In this document: piece by piece, positions 1 through 13,338 of the stretch
Layout of the letters: every line of letters starts with the position of its first letter
Position numbering within the stretch: position 1 is the stretch's first letter
Position numbers and translations under genes: made by a program
Assembly (NCBI RefSeq): GCF_000315625.1
Contig: NW_005434587.1
Span: 231,336 to 295,335, forward strand
DNA: 64,000 bases
Origin: Guillardia theta CCMP2712
Taxonomy: Eukaryota; Protista; Cryptophyta
Reading direction: 5' to 3'
Notes under the pieces: generated by a model
Told to the model about the DNA's origin: nothing
The model's input: only the letters and a program-made list of their open reading frames with translations
Databases searched by the model: none

Positions 1-3000
1 TCCTTCCGCCATCCTGCACAGCCAGCTGCTTGCCAAGATGAGCCCAGCTGAGAAGATCGCAGAGTCGGTTCGCTCGCAGGGGCTGCGGCAGCGGCATGGC
101 TACACGCTTGCTCGGCATCCTCCTCTTTTCAGCGTGAGTGGCCTGGAGGCTCCTCCCTGGTGCCTGACGGGAAGTTCAGGACGAACCAGAGTCGTTCTCA
201 GGTGGGGTAGCGGCTGGAGGGACCGCAGCACAGCTGGGGTTTGTGCACTACTGGAAGAAGCAGGTCGACTCGTCTCCAGCAGGTTCGAGGAGGAGGAGAT
301 GGGGGAGAGCAGGAGCAGGCGCAGGAGCAGGTGCAGTAGGAGTGGGGGGAACAGGAGTTGATTGTGGGAGGAGCAAGAGGAGCAGGAGCAGGAGCAGGAG
401 CAGGAGCGGGGAGTGGTTATGGGAAGGAGTTGTCATTTGATTGCAGTCTCGTCTCCTGCTCTACGGACGGGAAATGTTTCTCGGTTTCTCAACTTCTCCC
501 ACCACGTTGGCGAAGACGAAGACCTGTCGCCTTTGGAGGAAGCAAAGGAGCCAAGATTCGCAAGAGTTCTTTCCCTCTCCGCTCCTACCAAGTGACGAAG
601 CGTCGACTGGCATGCTGCTGCTGATGTTGATCGGCAGGCCACTGGGAAATGTTGTTCTTGCCGGACCTCTCTTCACCAACAACGTCAAGTCCTTCTCGTG
701 CTTGCATGTGTTGATGTTGTGTTGCCAGGTGTTGTCAAGAGAGCAGATTGAACAATACCTGAGAGAGGAGATGAGGAACTTTTTCAGGAATGAGAGGTCT
801 TGCTGGTTGCTTGTTGTTTGACAGATGTTCATGCAGTTTCAAGGAGAGGAAGTCCGTCTGTGAACGATGGATGCCCTTTCTTCATGTGTTAGAGAAGTAA
901 GATGATGCTGGTGACGTGCGGAAAGTTGCAATCATGATGAAGTTGCGGACTAGGATATCACGATGTTTGCGTGAGAATGTCGTCACTGAAGATTACTTCT
1001 ACGTGAGGGAGGTGCTTGTGGAGGAGGAAGGCGAGGACGATCGGGAAGAAAGGGAGAAAAGAAATGGGCTGAAGGAAAGGAGGAGGACGAGCACAAGGTA
1101 GATGATTGAGCTCGTCAGAAATGTAGAAAAGTTTATCTGTTCTATCAGGAGCTGTCGGAGCCTCTTGAACCCAAGGAGGTCATTTCTTGTCTTGTTTTCC
1201 TGCTCCTGTTCTGTGCTGTTCGTTTGGTTTACATTCTCTCTTCTATTCTCCCTCTCTTTCTCTCTCTCGCTCTCTGTCTCTCTGTCTCTCTGTCTCTCTG
1301 TCTCTGTCTCTGTCTCTGTCTCTGTCTCTCTTCGCTTTACCTTCTCTTTTCACCATCTTTCTCCTCTTTGTGTTCTTCATCTTTCGTTTATTGTACCTCT
1401 CTCTCATGGTTATGCAACTTCTGATTTTGTACTTAATTTCTGTTTCTCACTCGTCATTCTCTCTTTCGTTTGCATTCTCATCAGGTTTGGAAAGAGAGGT
1501 CACTGATGGACAACGAGATCTCAATCTCCCTGGAGGACAACATGTCGCGTCCCCTTCCTCCGCTTCCCTACGGTGAAGAAGATGAAGATGAATGGCCTGA
1601 GTTGCCTCCTCGAAACATCGGAGTTTCAGTCGACATGGTGAGAGGTCCCAAACAGTCTGATGTTGATGTCTCATGAGAAAATTTCAAAACTATGGAGACA
1701 ACAACATTTGAACATTCACTTTTTTCCCTCATCCCATTCCACTCTGTTTCTGGTTCAAAACGCTGCAATGACGTTGATGCTTGTCAAAACCTCTTTCTCC
1801 GTCCTTGTAACTCACAGATGTCGCAATAGATCTTGGCGTTCTCAAAGTACGGCGGGGAGAAGCTTCAGTCTGAGATCCTTCAGCAGTCATTCGATGAAGT
1901 GCACATTCCTGCTTCGGTGACACGTTTCTGTCCACCATCACCCCAGCTGAACCTGAGCAACAGGAGAACGAGAAGCTGAGAATCGACCATGTCCCGGTCT
2001 GCAGACTTGCCGAGCTGATCAGCCTTGTGAGGTCAGACGATGATATTCACATCGACGTTCTCCTTCACGTTCTCCTCCTCCCCCCCCTTCCCCGCCCGTC
2101 GACTCCATCCTGCTCCTTGTCCTGCTTCCCATTCCCCTCCTCCTCCTCCTCCTCCTCCTGCTCTTGCTCCTGCTCCTGCTCCTCCCTCCCTCCCTCTCCT
2201 CCTCCTCCTGCTCCTTGTTTGTTTTGTTATTGCCGATGGTGGTGAGATCGTTGAAAAGAGATGTCGTCAGGCAACAGGTCAACTCTTGTTATGATCATGA
2301 CATCATGGTCCAACAATGCTCTTCGCGCATTGAGGTATCAGGAGCTGCCGACAGCCATGGCTGATGTCCTGCTGGGCAGCTGCTCAAGGAGAAGCTTTCA
2401 GTGCTCAATTGCAACCAATCGGATCTCGAGCAGATCTGTGAAAGCATGAGGTAAGGAGGAGGAGGAGGGGAGGAGGAGGGGAGGGAGGAGAAGGGGGAGG
2501 GGGAGGGGGAGGGAGGAGGAGGAGGAGGAGGAGGAGGAGGAGGAGTGGAAGGGGGAGGAGGAGGACTGAAGAGAGAAATACGAATGAGAGGGGGAGGAGG
2601 AGGCGGCGGTGGAGCCGAGAAACTGAATGCGGGTGCTCAGGAACGCGATGAAGGAGGAGAAAAGGAGATCAGCCATTGTCTCCTCGTCAGTGAACATCAG
2701 CTACTATCTCCGACATGGCGGGCTGAGTCTGGGCGGCTTCACTCCTCGAATGACCAAGGAAGGGAACGAGAGGCTGGTGAGTAGAGGGAGGGGGAGGAGG
2801 GGGACAGGGGAAGAGAGAGGAAGGGAGGGAGGGACGAAGGGGGAATGGTGAAGAGAGAAGAAGGGAGGCAGGGCAGGGGAGGGCAGGGCAGCTAGGAGAA
2901 GGGAGGGAGATGAAGGAGGGAGGGGAGGGGAGGTTGGGGAGGTGGGAGGAGAGGGAGGGGAGGAGAGGGAGTTGGTTTGATCATTTGCGGTGCAGATCAA

Positions 3001-3042
3001 GGCATTGAGTCCTCCCCTCGTTCGATCCTCTCTTGCTCTATA
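1..3042 (+). CDS. Multi-exon hypothetical protein (5' partial; could be two genes)
   Basis: Chain of GT-AG-bounded open segments, e.g. ELSEPLEPKE (~1149-1178), VWKERSLMDNEISISLEDN (~1485), ILAFSKYGGEKLQSEILQQSFDEVHIPAS (~1830-1916), LLKEKLSVLNCNQSDLEQICES (~2380-2450), last exon IKALSPPLVRSSLAL* ending 3042. No recognisable domain. Confidence 0.4.
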
Positions 3043-3214
3043 GAATCAAATGTATGTATGTAATGCCTTCCCGTTCCTCCCCCTCCTGCTCCCTGCTCCT
3101 CCTCTCGCTCCTGTCCCTGTTCCCGCTCCCTTCCCCAATCCTGCTCTTCGTTATCCTCCTCTTGCTCCCGCTCCAACTGCTGCTGCTCTCACAGTCTCTG
3201 TTTTCCACTCATCC

Positions 3215-4460
3215 TCAGGGCTCTTTCTCCTTGGGAGGCCTGACAACTCCTTAGTTCCTCTTCGTCTCTCCTCCTCTCCCTGTCACCTTCCTCGCCGTTT
3301 TGCTGCTGGTTTCGGCGCAGGAGGGAGGCCTGAAAACGTCTCAACAAGCGAGGAGAGGGGACGAGAATTTTTCACCTCCTTCCTGCTTCTCACCCTCCTG
3401 GTCTTCCTGTTGGTCCTCTTTCTCCGGCTTGCTCGACGTCGCAGCCGCCGAGTCGACCTTGCGAGGGCGACCTCTCCTCTTCTTGGTTTCGGTGCCAGTC
3501 TCCACCTTCGCTTCTGTTTCTGATGTCTCTCCGCTTTCTTCGAAGCTCGATTCTCTTTCCGCATCCTTTCTTGCCTCCTCCTCCTCCTTCACCACCTTGG
3601 TCCGTCTCCTTGCAGCCGGAGCTACGACCTCCTCCTGTTCCTCCTTCACCTTCCGCTGCCTCTCGTCCCATCCAGCCCTAAACTCTGTGCTCGATCCCCC
3701 TTCCATTTCTTCGTCCCTCCCCTCAGGCCTTCGCACTTTCCTCACCTGCCACTTCTGATTGGCGGGCAAACGCTCCCGCCTTTCGCCTCCTCCTCCTCCT
3801 CCTCCTCCTCCTCCTTCCCTTCCTTCCCAATCTCTCACACCTGCCCCTTCTCTATCTGTCCTTCCTCTTGCTCCTGCTCCTCTCCCTCCTCCTCTTGGGT
3901 CTTCTCCCGCTCCTTCTCGCCACTGGCCCGTCGGTCTTCCTGTGAATTCTCCTCTCCCCCCCGCGGCTGCGCTCCTGCCTCTCCTCGTGACCTCCTGCCC
4001 GTCTTGTCGGCCGACTGCGCGATGTCAGGAAGAGCCTCTTGGAGAAGAGCCTGCAGAGGAGATCAGCATTGGCTCTGACAGGAAGAGAAGGAGATGAGGA
4101 GACAGGGGGGGAGAGACTAGACGGAAGGAGAGGAAGAGTAGAGCAGAAGTGGCTGAGATGAATTGGGCTGAGAACTGCATCTCAACGGAGAGGAGAGGAG
4201 AGGAGAGGAGAGGAGAGGAGAGGAGAGAGAGGAGAGGAGAGGAGAGGAGAGGAGAGGAGAGGAGAGGAGAGGAGAGGAGAGGAGGAGACGAGCGGTGGAG
4301 AGAAAGGCAAGACCTCCTGCTGCTGCATTTTGTCAAGGATAGCCTTGCTCTGAGAGCTAGCTCGCTCCATCAATGCTCGACGGGGACGGCGCCGACCGAA
4401 TGGATCGACGATGCCGCGCGTGATGTCGGACTGGGAAGTGGAGCCGGAGTAGGAATCCTG
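3215..4460 (-). CDS. Acidic low-complexity protein region with two AT-hook motifs (5' boundary uncertain)
   Basis: KKRRGRPRK at ~3458-3484. A second hook, AAKRRGR|PPKEKEP*, forms only after removing a 47-nt GT-AG intron (3240-3286). Stop at 3215-3217. Confidence 0.6.
4187..4285 (+). repeat. (GAGGA)n microsatellite
   Basis: Direct reading; intronic. Confidence 0.95.
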
Positions 4461-5299
4461 TACTCATTCATGAGAAACGAAAAACAGAGCAGGGAAAACA
4501 GAAGACAAAGGGAAACGATGAAGAAGTACAGCAGCAGACTTCAACAAGAAGTAGCACGAGAAGGTATGAATTCAACAAGAGATAGGAGCAGAACGGAATG
4601 GAGAAGGCGTTGTAAGAGCAGGAGCAGTTTGCACCTCAAACATGTCGTTGTCTTCAACATTCTGCAAGTTCTCAATCAATCAAGATCATGGCGTGAGATT
4701 AACATGATATACCTTGACGCTTTCTGTCCGAGGTTGCTTTTCTTTTTGTACATTGTTCTTCCTGCAGTACCAGCAAATATGAAAGAATGTCACGTCCTCG
4801 TCGTGTCATGTTCATTTTCATCATCATCAAAACCCATTCTCCATCATCCTCATCGTCTCCATGAAACGAAAGCACCAACCTTGCTGGATCTGCTATCAAG
4901 TAGGTGGACCCATCCGGCAACACCTGAAAACAAATGGTTATTGATAAGCAATGAATCGAAGAGCAAGAAAGCAGAAAAATTATCACAAGCGTGTCAATCC
5001 AAGAATAGAGAATGAGACCAAACGGTATTGACACTTGAACATGACAGGAACAAGCAAACGCAGAGAACAATAAAAAAAACTCTTTTTCCTTCTTCTGTCC
5101 CTCTGGCATAATCACGATCGCCATCATCATCATCATCGTCGTCGTCGTCATCACCATCGTCATCATCGTATTCGCATAATATTATCATCGTAACATGTAT
5201 CATTCTCATGGTATGATCTTTTCTCGAAATCTACACCTGAACAGGGTCCGCATTGAAGTCGTTGTCCCAGTCAATAGACCGATTTGAGCCTGGCTTGTC

Positions 5300-7216
5300 G
5301 GTTAGAAAAGAACTTCGAAAAAAATGCAGAACATTGTCCAGACAAAACCATAAAGTTAGACATGTTTGAAGTCCCAAAAGATGATTGATGGTAATTCATA
5401 GATAGGATCGATGATGAAATCAACAACTTCAACAGTTAAGATCTTTCTTGCGAACTGACATGAATCATGATAGATGCAAATGAAAGAAAAAATGTTGATG
5501 ATGTATATGACACCATATGATCAATTCTGGATCAACGAGAACAGATGCTTTTACCTTTTGGTCGAATGGGCTCGACTATATGACCGAAAATGACCTTGAA
5601 AACGATTCCGTCAGAGCAGAATATCAGCAGGACAACTGTTATTATCATCATTATCATCATCATCTCTCATTGATCTTTGTCATCATGGCAAGGGTGGGTG
5701 CTGAACTCGAGAAAAGAAAGCACCTTCTTCTGTATGGGATCAAAATAATCAACTCTCAGGTTGTAATGCGTCCAATCCTGTCACAACATCAGGCAAGAGA
5801 ACACTTCGTTTGACAACAAACAGATTCATGGTCGTCATCGAAGATTTCAACGGGATGCCAATCGTCGGCTGCAAACTTCCTTCAGCAGGGAGGTCTGATC
5901 ATTCCGATAACAACAACCAGTTACGTTGTACTTCGGGTCCTTGCACCTGAAAAATACAAATTAAGACAGACAGGCAGGAAGGTTTTCCATCCAGGATGGA
6001 AAAGCATGCAAGAGTTTTTGATAGTGCAATAGAAGATCTGTGTCAGAACAAAGTTCGCCTCACCGCTCGAACAAGTCAGAGCCAACAACGTCCCTTGCGA
6101 ACCTGAAGCAAACGAGATGGAATCATTACAATACCCTGTCACTCCAACTTCCTTCCTCCCCATCTCCACCTCTCCCCCCCTCGTCCTCCCTGCTTCTTTC
6201 TCTAATTTAGGATTCATTCAGCCTCTTTGTCTTGATCCCACCCTATTCTTGCTCTTCCTCGTAATTTCCTCCGACCCAAACTTTCTCCATTACCTGTATG
6301 TCATTTTCTCCTTCGAGATTGCATTCTTCTGCTCCTCGTATGTCGGATTGTACCTCAAGGCCTCCACGCATACAGTCAGCCTCCTCCACACGCTCTCCCC
6401 CCCCCTCCTCCCCACTTTTCCCCTTCCCCACTCCCACCCCTCCCACCCCTCCTGCTCCTCCTGCTCTCCTCCTGTTGAAAAACCAACTCCGACTTCCTCT
6501 TCCACTTCCCCCCAGCCAAGCACTCTCACTCTAGGGTCGAGCCTGACAGCTTGAGGAGGGATTCGTTTCCTCTGAGCCAGGTGCACCTGTCGATGGCTGA
6601 GCGTGAAAAGACAAAGATACAACTCAGGCACCTGTATCCTCCGACCTCCGACGTCCCTATCATTCATTGCAAGGATTGCTGTCCGCGCATCTTCCGCATT
6701 TCTGAAGGCGAGCAATGGTGGTCAAGAGCGTTCTCGAAGCATTTCCTCTGATTCACCTGAACACAACGTGCCCGTACCCTCTAGAACGATCGTTCTTGTC
6801 ATCGTATGAAACCTTCACGAGGGAAGAAAAACGTCAAAGACGGAATTCAGCAGCAACGAACGAAACATGATCACCTGAGCGTTGAATATGGGGCCGAATT
6901 TTTCGAACAGCTTTTGCAGCCCGTAGCTGTCAACAACCCAAGGAAGATTTCCAACAAACAGCACTTTGTCGTCATCCGGTTCTTGTTCCGACCCAGACAT
7001 GTATAACCGAACTGATTTTTGCCTTGTGCTGGCCAGCAAAAACTTGTTTGCTGGATTCAACATTGGCGACACAAAAGATTGGAGGAGGAGAGAAGAGGAG
7101 AACGAGTTCTGCTTGTTGGGATGGCGCAAACAGATGCTGTTGACGTCAACCCACCCGGTCGTGAAAGAAGCAGCGAAGTTGAGAGTGAAAGCAATCAGTA
7201 CCCAAGATCGAATCAT
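5300..7216 (-). CDS. RRM RNA-binding protein with bipartite (signal + transit) plastid-targeting presequence; 3' end uncertain
   Basis: Starts MIRSWVLIAFTLNFAAS-F, then a Ser-rich transit-like region. RNP2 LFVGNLPW and RNP1 RSRGYGHVVF, then NAEDARTAILAMNDRDVGGRRIQ|VHLA, across short GT-AG introns. Further spliceable exons run downstream to at least ~5700. Confidence 0.75.
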
Positions 7217-7894
7217 CTTGTCGCTCCTTCGAAGCAAAACAGAGCCTCAAGGCGGCTTATGATTGTCCTGATAGAAACGTCATTCAGGATTCAGTACAGC
7301 AAGCAACCGAGCAAGCTTCATTGTTTGAGCTTGTCTTCTGTAAGCGTTTACTTCCCTCACACAAAATGATCCTACGCTTCGACTATAGATCTTTCATTCA
7401 ATTTTCTTCCCGTCTTTCCCACCCATTATACTCAATATACACCACGAGCTTCCATCCATACGTTTGCTTCTGATCACGACACTTTCCTGATCCTGATCCT
7501 GCACTTGCCCCTGCACTTGCCCCTGCATCTGGCCTACTAATCCTCCTCCTGCCCCTTTGGATTTCTCTCTACCCCCTCTCCTTCTTTCCTTCCCTTCTCT
7601 GCCCTCGTTCAACCTCCCTTCCTCCTCCTCCTCCTCCTCCTCCTCTTCCTCTCCCTCCACCTCCCCCTCGCTCCGACATGCGGCTATACGACATGGGCTC
7701 GGCCCAAGCCGGCCACCCAGCCACCAAATACCACCTACCCCAGCACTTCAATGCAGGTTGACCAGTGAATATGGGGTAGGGGAGGAGGGATCCTTGGAGC
7801 GAGGGGTGGGGTCCATGGTCGAGAGGCAGGGAGCTTAAAGGTAGGGTGAAGCAGTGGGAAAAGACCGGTAGTGATCCGGATCGGGGGTGCGATT

Positions 7895-9053
7895 ATGGAA
7901 TCGGGGAGAGGGATGGCGATGGCGGTTAAGGGAGGAGGAGGAGGAGGAGGAGGAGGAGGAGGAGGAGGAGGAGGAGGAGGAGGAGGAATTGTGGTCAGTT
8001 CAGCGTTTTCAACGCTAGATGGACACTTGAATCCGATAATGGGCAGCCAGAGGAGCAGAAGACCCATGGACATGAGCAGAAGTTTGAAAATGCGCAAAGA
8101 CAAGGCGAGCTCGGAGTTTGAGATGCACAAACGGATATACTGGCAGGCGAGCTACGCCAACTTGATTGTCGACAAGGAAAGGGGGAAAGAGAAGAAGGTT
8201 CCCTTGAAAGGTAGAGAGGATGTGATTTGAGGCCTTAGTGATTGTTGTTGTTCAGTGCTGAACATGAAGTTCATGGTGAGGGAGTCCACAAAAGGTGAGG
8301 AGAGCCATGCAGGCATGGCCTATCTGACATGGAGATCAGAGAAGTACAGCATCATGAAGCTCGCCTTCATCTACCTCATAATCTCGACCTTCTTCCCGGC
8401 ACTCCATGTTGTCATGTTCACAATTGTCATGTTGCAGCGAGTGACGGTATCTTCGCCCATGGCCGAGCAGTTCTGACAGTTTTTCGCAGTTTTACGCCAC
8501 TTTGAGTCCAGAAGAGCAGGAACAAGAGCAAGGGTCCAAGTTTGGCTTCCTGCGCTCCTTTGCTGCCCTGGTTGCCACCATCACCGTCGTCTCATTTCTT
8601 CGTCTCCCCCGAGGACCATGATGGAGTTGGCAGAGGGGAGGGGACGATGTTGAACCGGGGAAGTGGGAGCAAGGGAGAGACGAGGGGAGCGAGAAACAGA
8701 GCAGGGAAGTAGTAACGAGGAAGAAGGAGAATGGTGAGATGTGGGGATAGATACGAAGTGGTCGGAATATTCTTGTATATGATTGTGGTTCTATGTGAAT
8801 AAGTTCATGTACTATGATCTTCTCTCTCAGGCTTCCATCGATATCCATTGCTCGAGCTCGAACTTGGCCCCGAGCTCACTCATGTTCTTGTGCTGTTGCT
8901 GTGCACGCCGTCAGGTCGTATGGTAGGGATACGACAAGTGCAGGGGAACTGAGTATGCTGCCAAATCCTCCCAACTGTTTGCAAACCTTTCGAGCGAACA
9001 TCTACGAAGCTTTCTTGACAGCAGTAGCCGTCGACTTCATTGGACTCTGTTAA
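7895..9053 (+). CDS. Hypothetical poly-Gly membrane protein (multi-exon)
   Basis: ORF 7871-8230 contains poly-Gly encoded by (GGA)n. Following exons include hydrophobic segments (IMKLAFIYLIISTFFP; FLRSFAALVATITVV). No family recognised. Confidence 0.3.
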
Positions 9054-12000
9054 GAAGTTTTTGACTGCAAGGCTTGCTCCGTCTCACGACTGGGCTCATT
9101 CTTCACCTCGCCCTGGTCACTTTTGGTACTGCTCGTCACTTCCTCCTTCATCAAACCAGCAGGCGCATGCCCACCCTCAGCTGCTACCGATGGCACAGGG
9201 CTGGAAGAGGCGCCCTTCTTGGGTTTCATTGGTCGAGGAGGAGAGGAGATGGGGAAGGAATTCAGAGCGACTTCGCCATTCAGAACTTTTGAAAGTTCGA
9301 GCACGAGAGCACCGAGATCTGAGACGACCAGCACTTCTGACCCTTCGCTGTCCTCCTTCTCCACCGAGACGGGTATCCAATGGTTCGCTACCAGCTGCAG
9401 CACGCCCGGCTGCGAGCTGGCGACGGCAAACTTGATCTGATTGTCTCCGCTATCCGCCCTAACCCACTTCCTGCCTTTGCAGGTCCCATCGTCATAAACC
9501 CCCGTCGTGATCTCACACACGTGACAGGCCTCGGCTGTGCACTCCCTCGCGTTCTCTGAGCACAAGGCAAACCAACTCTTCGTGGGTGGATGCTTGTAGA
9601 GAGTGCCCAGCAGCCTCTGGCCGGGCGCTGCCTTGGCCGGAAACGCCTCGGGTATCAGCTCTCCTGCCAGGATCCCGTAGGCTTCATCGACGCTCTCCTT
9701 CTCCTCCAAGACTCTTACGCACTTCTGCTCCTCCCCCTCCACTGTCACAGGACTCGGTCGAGCTGCTGTTTCCCCTGCATATTCGACAGACTCAACCTGT
9801 ACGGGGATCCAACCCAACCATGGGAGGGTGAAGAGCTTTGGGTACAGAGACGCAGGGAGGTAGCGCGATGGCCCGCTGTCCTGCCCTGATCCCAAGTCCT
9901 TGAGCCACTCTATCGCCTTGCACGTGCCGTCGGTGTAGACGCCACTGTGAACTTGAAAGATTCGGAACCCTCGCAGCTCTCTGTCGTCGTCATCCACTAC
10001 CATGGCAAACCAGGGAGTCACTGCCGGGTGTTTTGAGTCCCGGGGCTCGCGCTTCTTGGCAGAGCTCTGCTTCTTCTTCTGTTTCTCGTTCTCGCTCCTG
10101 GCCTTGTCTTCCCACTCGTGCTTCTCCTCGGGCGTCTGAGGGATCGTCAGTCTGACATGAAAGCACCTTGCTGGGATGTCTTACAATCTTTTTCCATCGT
10201 TCGCCCATTCTCTGCATGACCTCTTTCATGGGCATCTTAGGATTCTCCTGCACAGCAGTAAAACAACCGTCACACGAGTCCACACCAAACTCGCATCGAG
10301 CACCCAGACTCTCACCTTTCGAATCTCCTCACGAGCTTGATGGCTCCACAACCAGTACGCTGAGATCGATTTCTTCGTCCCCGCATCATCATCATCGCCC
10401 GCACAATCTCGTTTCTTCTCTTGAGCATCCGCGCTGACCTGAAACTTGGGCCTTATGCCATGGGCAGCGCAGTACTTCTTGTAAGCTGCGACATCTCGAT
10501 TCCACTGATCCATCAGCTGAGAGTATTTCTTCTTGTAAACTCCCTTCTCAATCTCCTTCATCGATTTCCAATGCTCAGACGCGACGCTCATCAGCTCCGC
10601 ATGTTTCAATCCTGGGTGACGTTGCTTCATGGTGTTGGAAGGATCCAGAAACCACAGCAAGAAAGCGTTCATCGGCTTCTTGGGGCACTCGGTGACTTCA
10701 CGTTCTTCATCTTGATTGCTTGCAACCATGGAGATACTCCCAACGTTGGCCTGATTGACACGAGGATTCAGTTGAAAATCCAAGTCTCTCTTCCTCCTCC
10801 GCTCTTCAGCGTCCTCCCCAACATCAGCCCAGCGGTCGGTCTCGTAGGATAAGATCCCATCTTCAACCTCAAACTCCTCCAGGTCTTCTTCTCCCACCGC
10901 CGCAGAATCGAATTTCACATGCCACAGTGCCGCTGGAACGTTGAAGTACTCGCTGACAAAATCAGAGACTTCCACAGGCAACCATCCTACGATAGTTCCG
11001 TCAGCTGCCGAGATTACTTGCTTCTCTCCAGCGTCATCGTACAGTGCTCTCCTGACTCGCTTGCCAAGGAATTCACTTCCTTGGGTCCACCACTCGCCGT
11101 CTCCTTGTTCTCCCTGCTTGCCCGGCTCAGCCCCCGCGCGATTTGCTACAAGGTTTGCTTCTTGTGCCAGCGCAGAACTCGTAACAGCAACGACGTGGGG
11201 AACAACTTGTGAAGAGACCGAGCTTTGGCCATCGTATGCTTGGTGGGTCTGGTTGCTGTCTGGAGGAAGCTGGTGAGGCTTCAGCGGTGTGGGCAAGGGC
11301 TGAGCCTGTGGAACAAACGGAGGATTGTTGAGATGAGGTGACTGAGGTATTATCACGTCCGGCGTCATAGCGTTGTGATGCATCGAGCTCAATTGGGTAG
11401 GAGCTTTCTTGTGCCTCGCCATTGAAGCGTCCACCTCTGCTTTTCTCTTCCTGCCTCGTTGCGGCCGAGATGGTGCAGCGGAAACCGAATGATAGGAAGG
11501 CTGCAAAGTGCTCCTTGCATGCACTTGACCCTGTTGATATGACAACACATGTGCCTGCGTGCTCCTTTGGCCGGCATATTGATTCTGCATCGAGTAGTAT
11601 GCTGGCATATTTGAGGGAGCAGCTCCACCAGGATACATGCCATACGTGTCTCCACTGAGAGGTTGTGAAGGCAAGACGTCGTGAGGCTGATGGTACATCG
11701 GCTGCTCTGATGTCCACGAGGGAGGCAGGTCGGTGCTCCTTGACTGAACTGGATGCAAAGATCTCGAATCGAATTCAGATGGCACGTAGCTTCTATCTAT
11801 GCGATTCATCGCATCCCTTGAGGCCACAGTACGGGGGTAGTTCGCCGGTGCATTCAGGTAGGAGGCAGGGGATGGCATCGTAGCGTTAGAAGTCCAGGCA
11901 TCGGACATATTTACAGGGTATGCCTGCGGAGTAGCAAAGTTGCCAAGAGGCATGTTGGGCATGTTGGAGTACTGCTCATAGGGAGCATTAACCGCTGAAA

Positions 12001-12517
12001 CGGGTTCTGACAAGTCCTGAGGAATCGTAGGTGGCTGCAGATTGCTCGGATACGAATCCATGTCAGGAACTTGCTGATCAGTCCAGGCTGAATCCGGCAG
12101 GAGCCTCGGGGCATTCGGATCGTTGTATGTCACTTCACATGCTGGATAATAACTTGACTGTGAAATCGCTGGGTTCAGCGAGGCTTGAGAAGGCATCCCC
12201 ATCGCATTGTCTGCCTGAGCCGTCCAATTACCTGTGAGGCTGACAGGGTAATGAGAGTTCTCATCAATAGGATCATTGGTCACATAACTATGTTGAGATG
12301 CAAGGTTGCTGTGGATAGGAACATTGTACTCGTTCCTCTCCTGAAGAGCTGCCCGATTGTACGGAAGAGGGACTGTCTCAACGTAACTTTGCTGCGGTAT
12401 GAACCCGGAATCTCCGCTCATGTCTGCATAAGTGTATGTCACGCCTTCACCCGCTGTAGAGTAGTTGATGCAATGGTCTACTGGCACATTGGGACAGAAA
12501 TTTTCATCGAAGAGCAT
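9050..12517 (-). CDS. Chromatin protein: long P/Q/S/Y-rich N-terminus, Tudor-like domain, two HMG boxes, two copies of an unrecognised C-terminal domain
   Basis: HMG1 is PKKPMNAFLLW...W...EKGVY (~10485-10690). HMG2 (KKSISAYWLW...|ENPKMPMKEVMQRMGERWKKI|TPEEKHEWEDKA) is restored by introns 10248-10315 and 10136-10184, which join ORFs 10226-12517 and 9050-10021 in frame. Tudor-like segment LGKRVRR...GTIVGW...WHVKFD...EDLEEFEV at ~10855-11090. Confidence 0.85.
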
Positions 12518-13338
12518 GTCCCATCTCCTTCCAAAAGAATATGTCGGCTTTGAAGCAATGAAGCTTTCGGCTCAGATGTCCGTGTTCTGCGCAAACTGAC
12601 GATTAGAGTGCGTTTGATCGGTTTGACATGAAGTTCAATACTCTCCATATTCTTGCTGTTTTCCTTGAACTACCTTTCTCTTTCTCTTTCCGCCATGGCC
12701 CTCCTCTCCCTCCCAGCTATACTAAACTCTAACCTACTCAACCTCATTTCACTCCCTCCTCAAATCCTCGATGTTTCTCCCTCGCCCTCCCTTCTCACCA
12801 CCAACACAACAAATCCTGTTCCCGCTCCCACTCCTGCTCCTGTTCCCACTCCTGATCCGCCTGCTCCTCCTGCTCCCCTTGTCATCGTCCCAGCCATGCT
12901 TCACCCGCCAAAACAGTTTGAAATCAAAACATGGAGCTGTGGAGCTGTGGAGCCCTATAGTCAACCGAAATGGGTTTGTAGTCAATAATCACTCAAGTAG
13001 CCTTGTGTCATCAGTGTGTCGGACCAACGTGACGCGGCCGCCATGGTCTGACCACCACAGAGTCTGCGTACACCGTAGACGGTCGGCCGTGACGACATTC
13101 AAGGTGCACCAAGACCAGAATGACAGTAGGGCACGGTACGAGTTCAACCGCCCTGGTTGCGAGCCTCGGAGTGTGCTTTAATGTAGATTGTAACTCATTC
13201 TCAGCCGAGTCATGAGAGTGGAAAACTGAAGTTTTAAATGTTGTACGCGCTCAGAACATCACAAGTGATGATCCATGGCCTTGCATCCCACGCTGAAATC
13301 GAAGAATGAGCATGACGAACAGACATGGATCACTGTGA

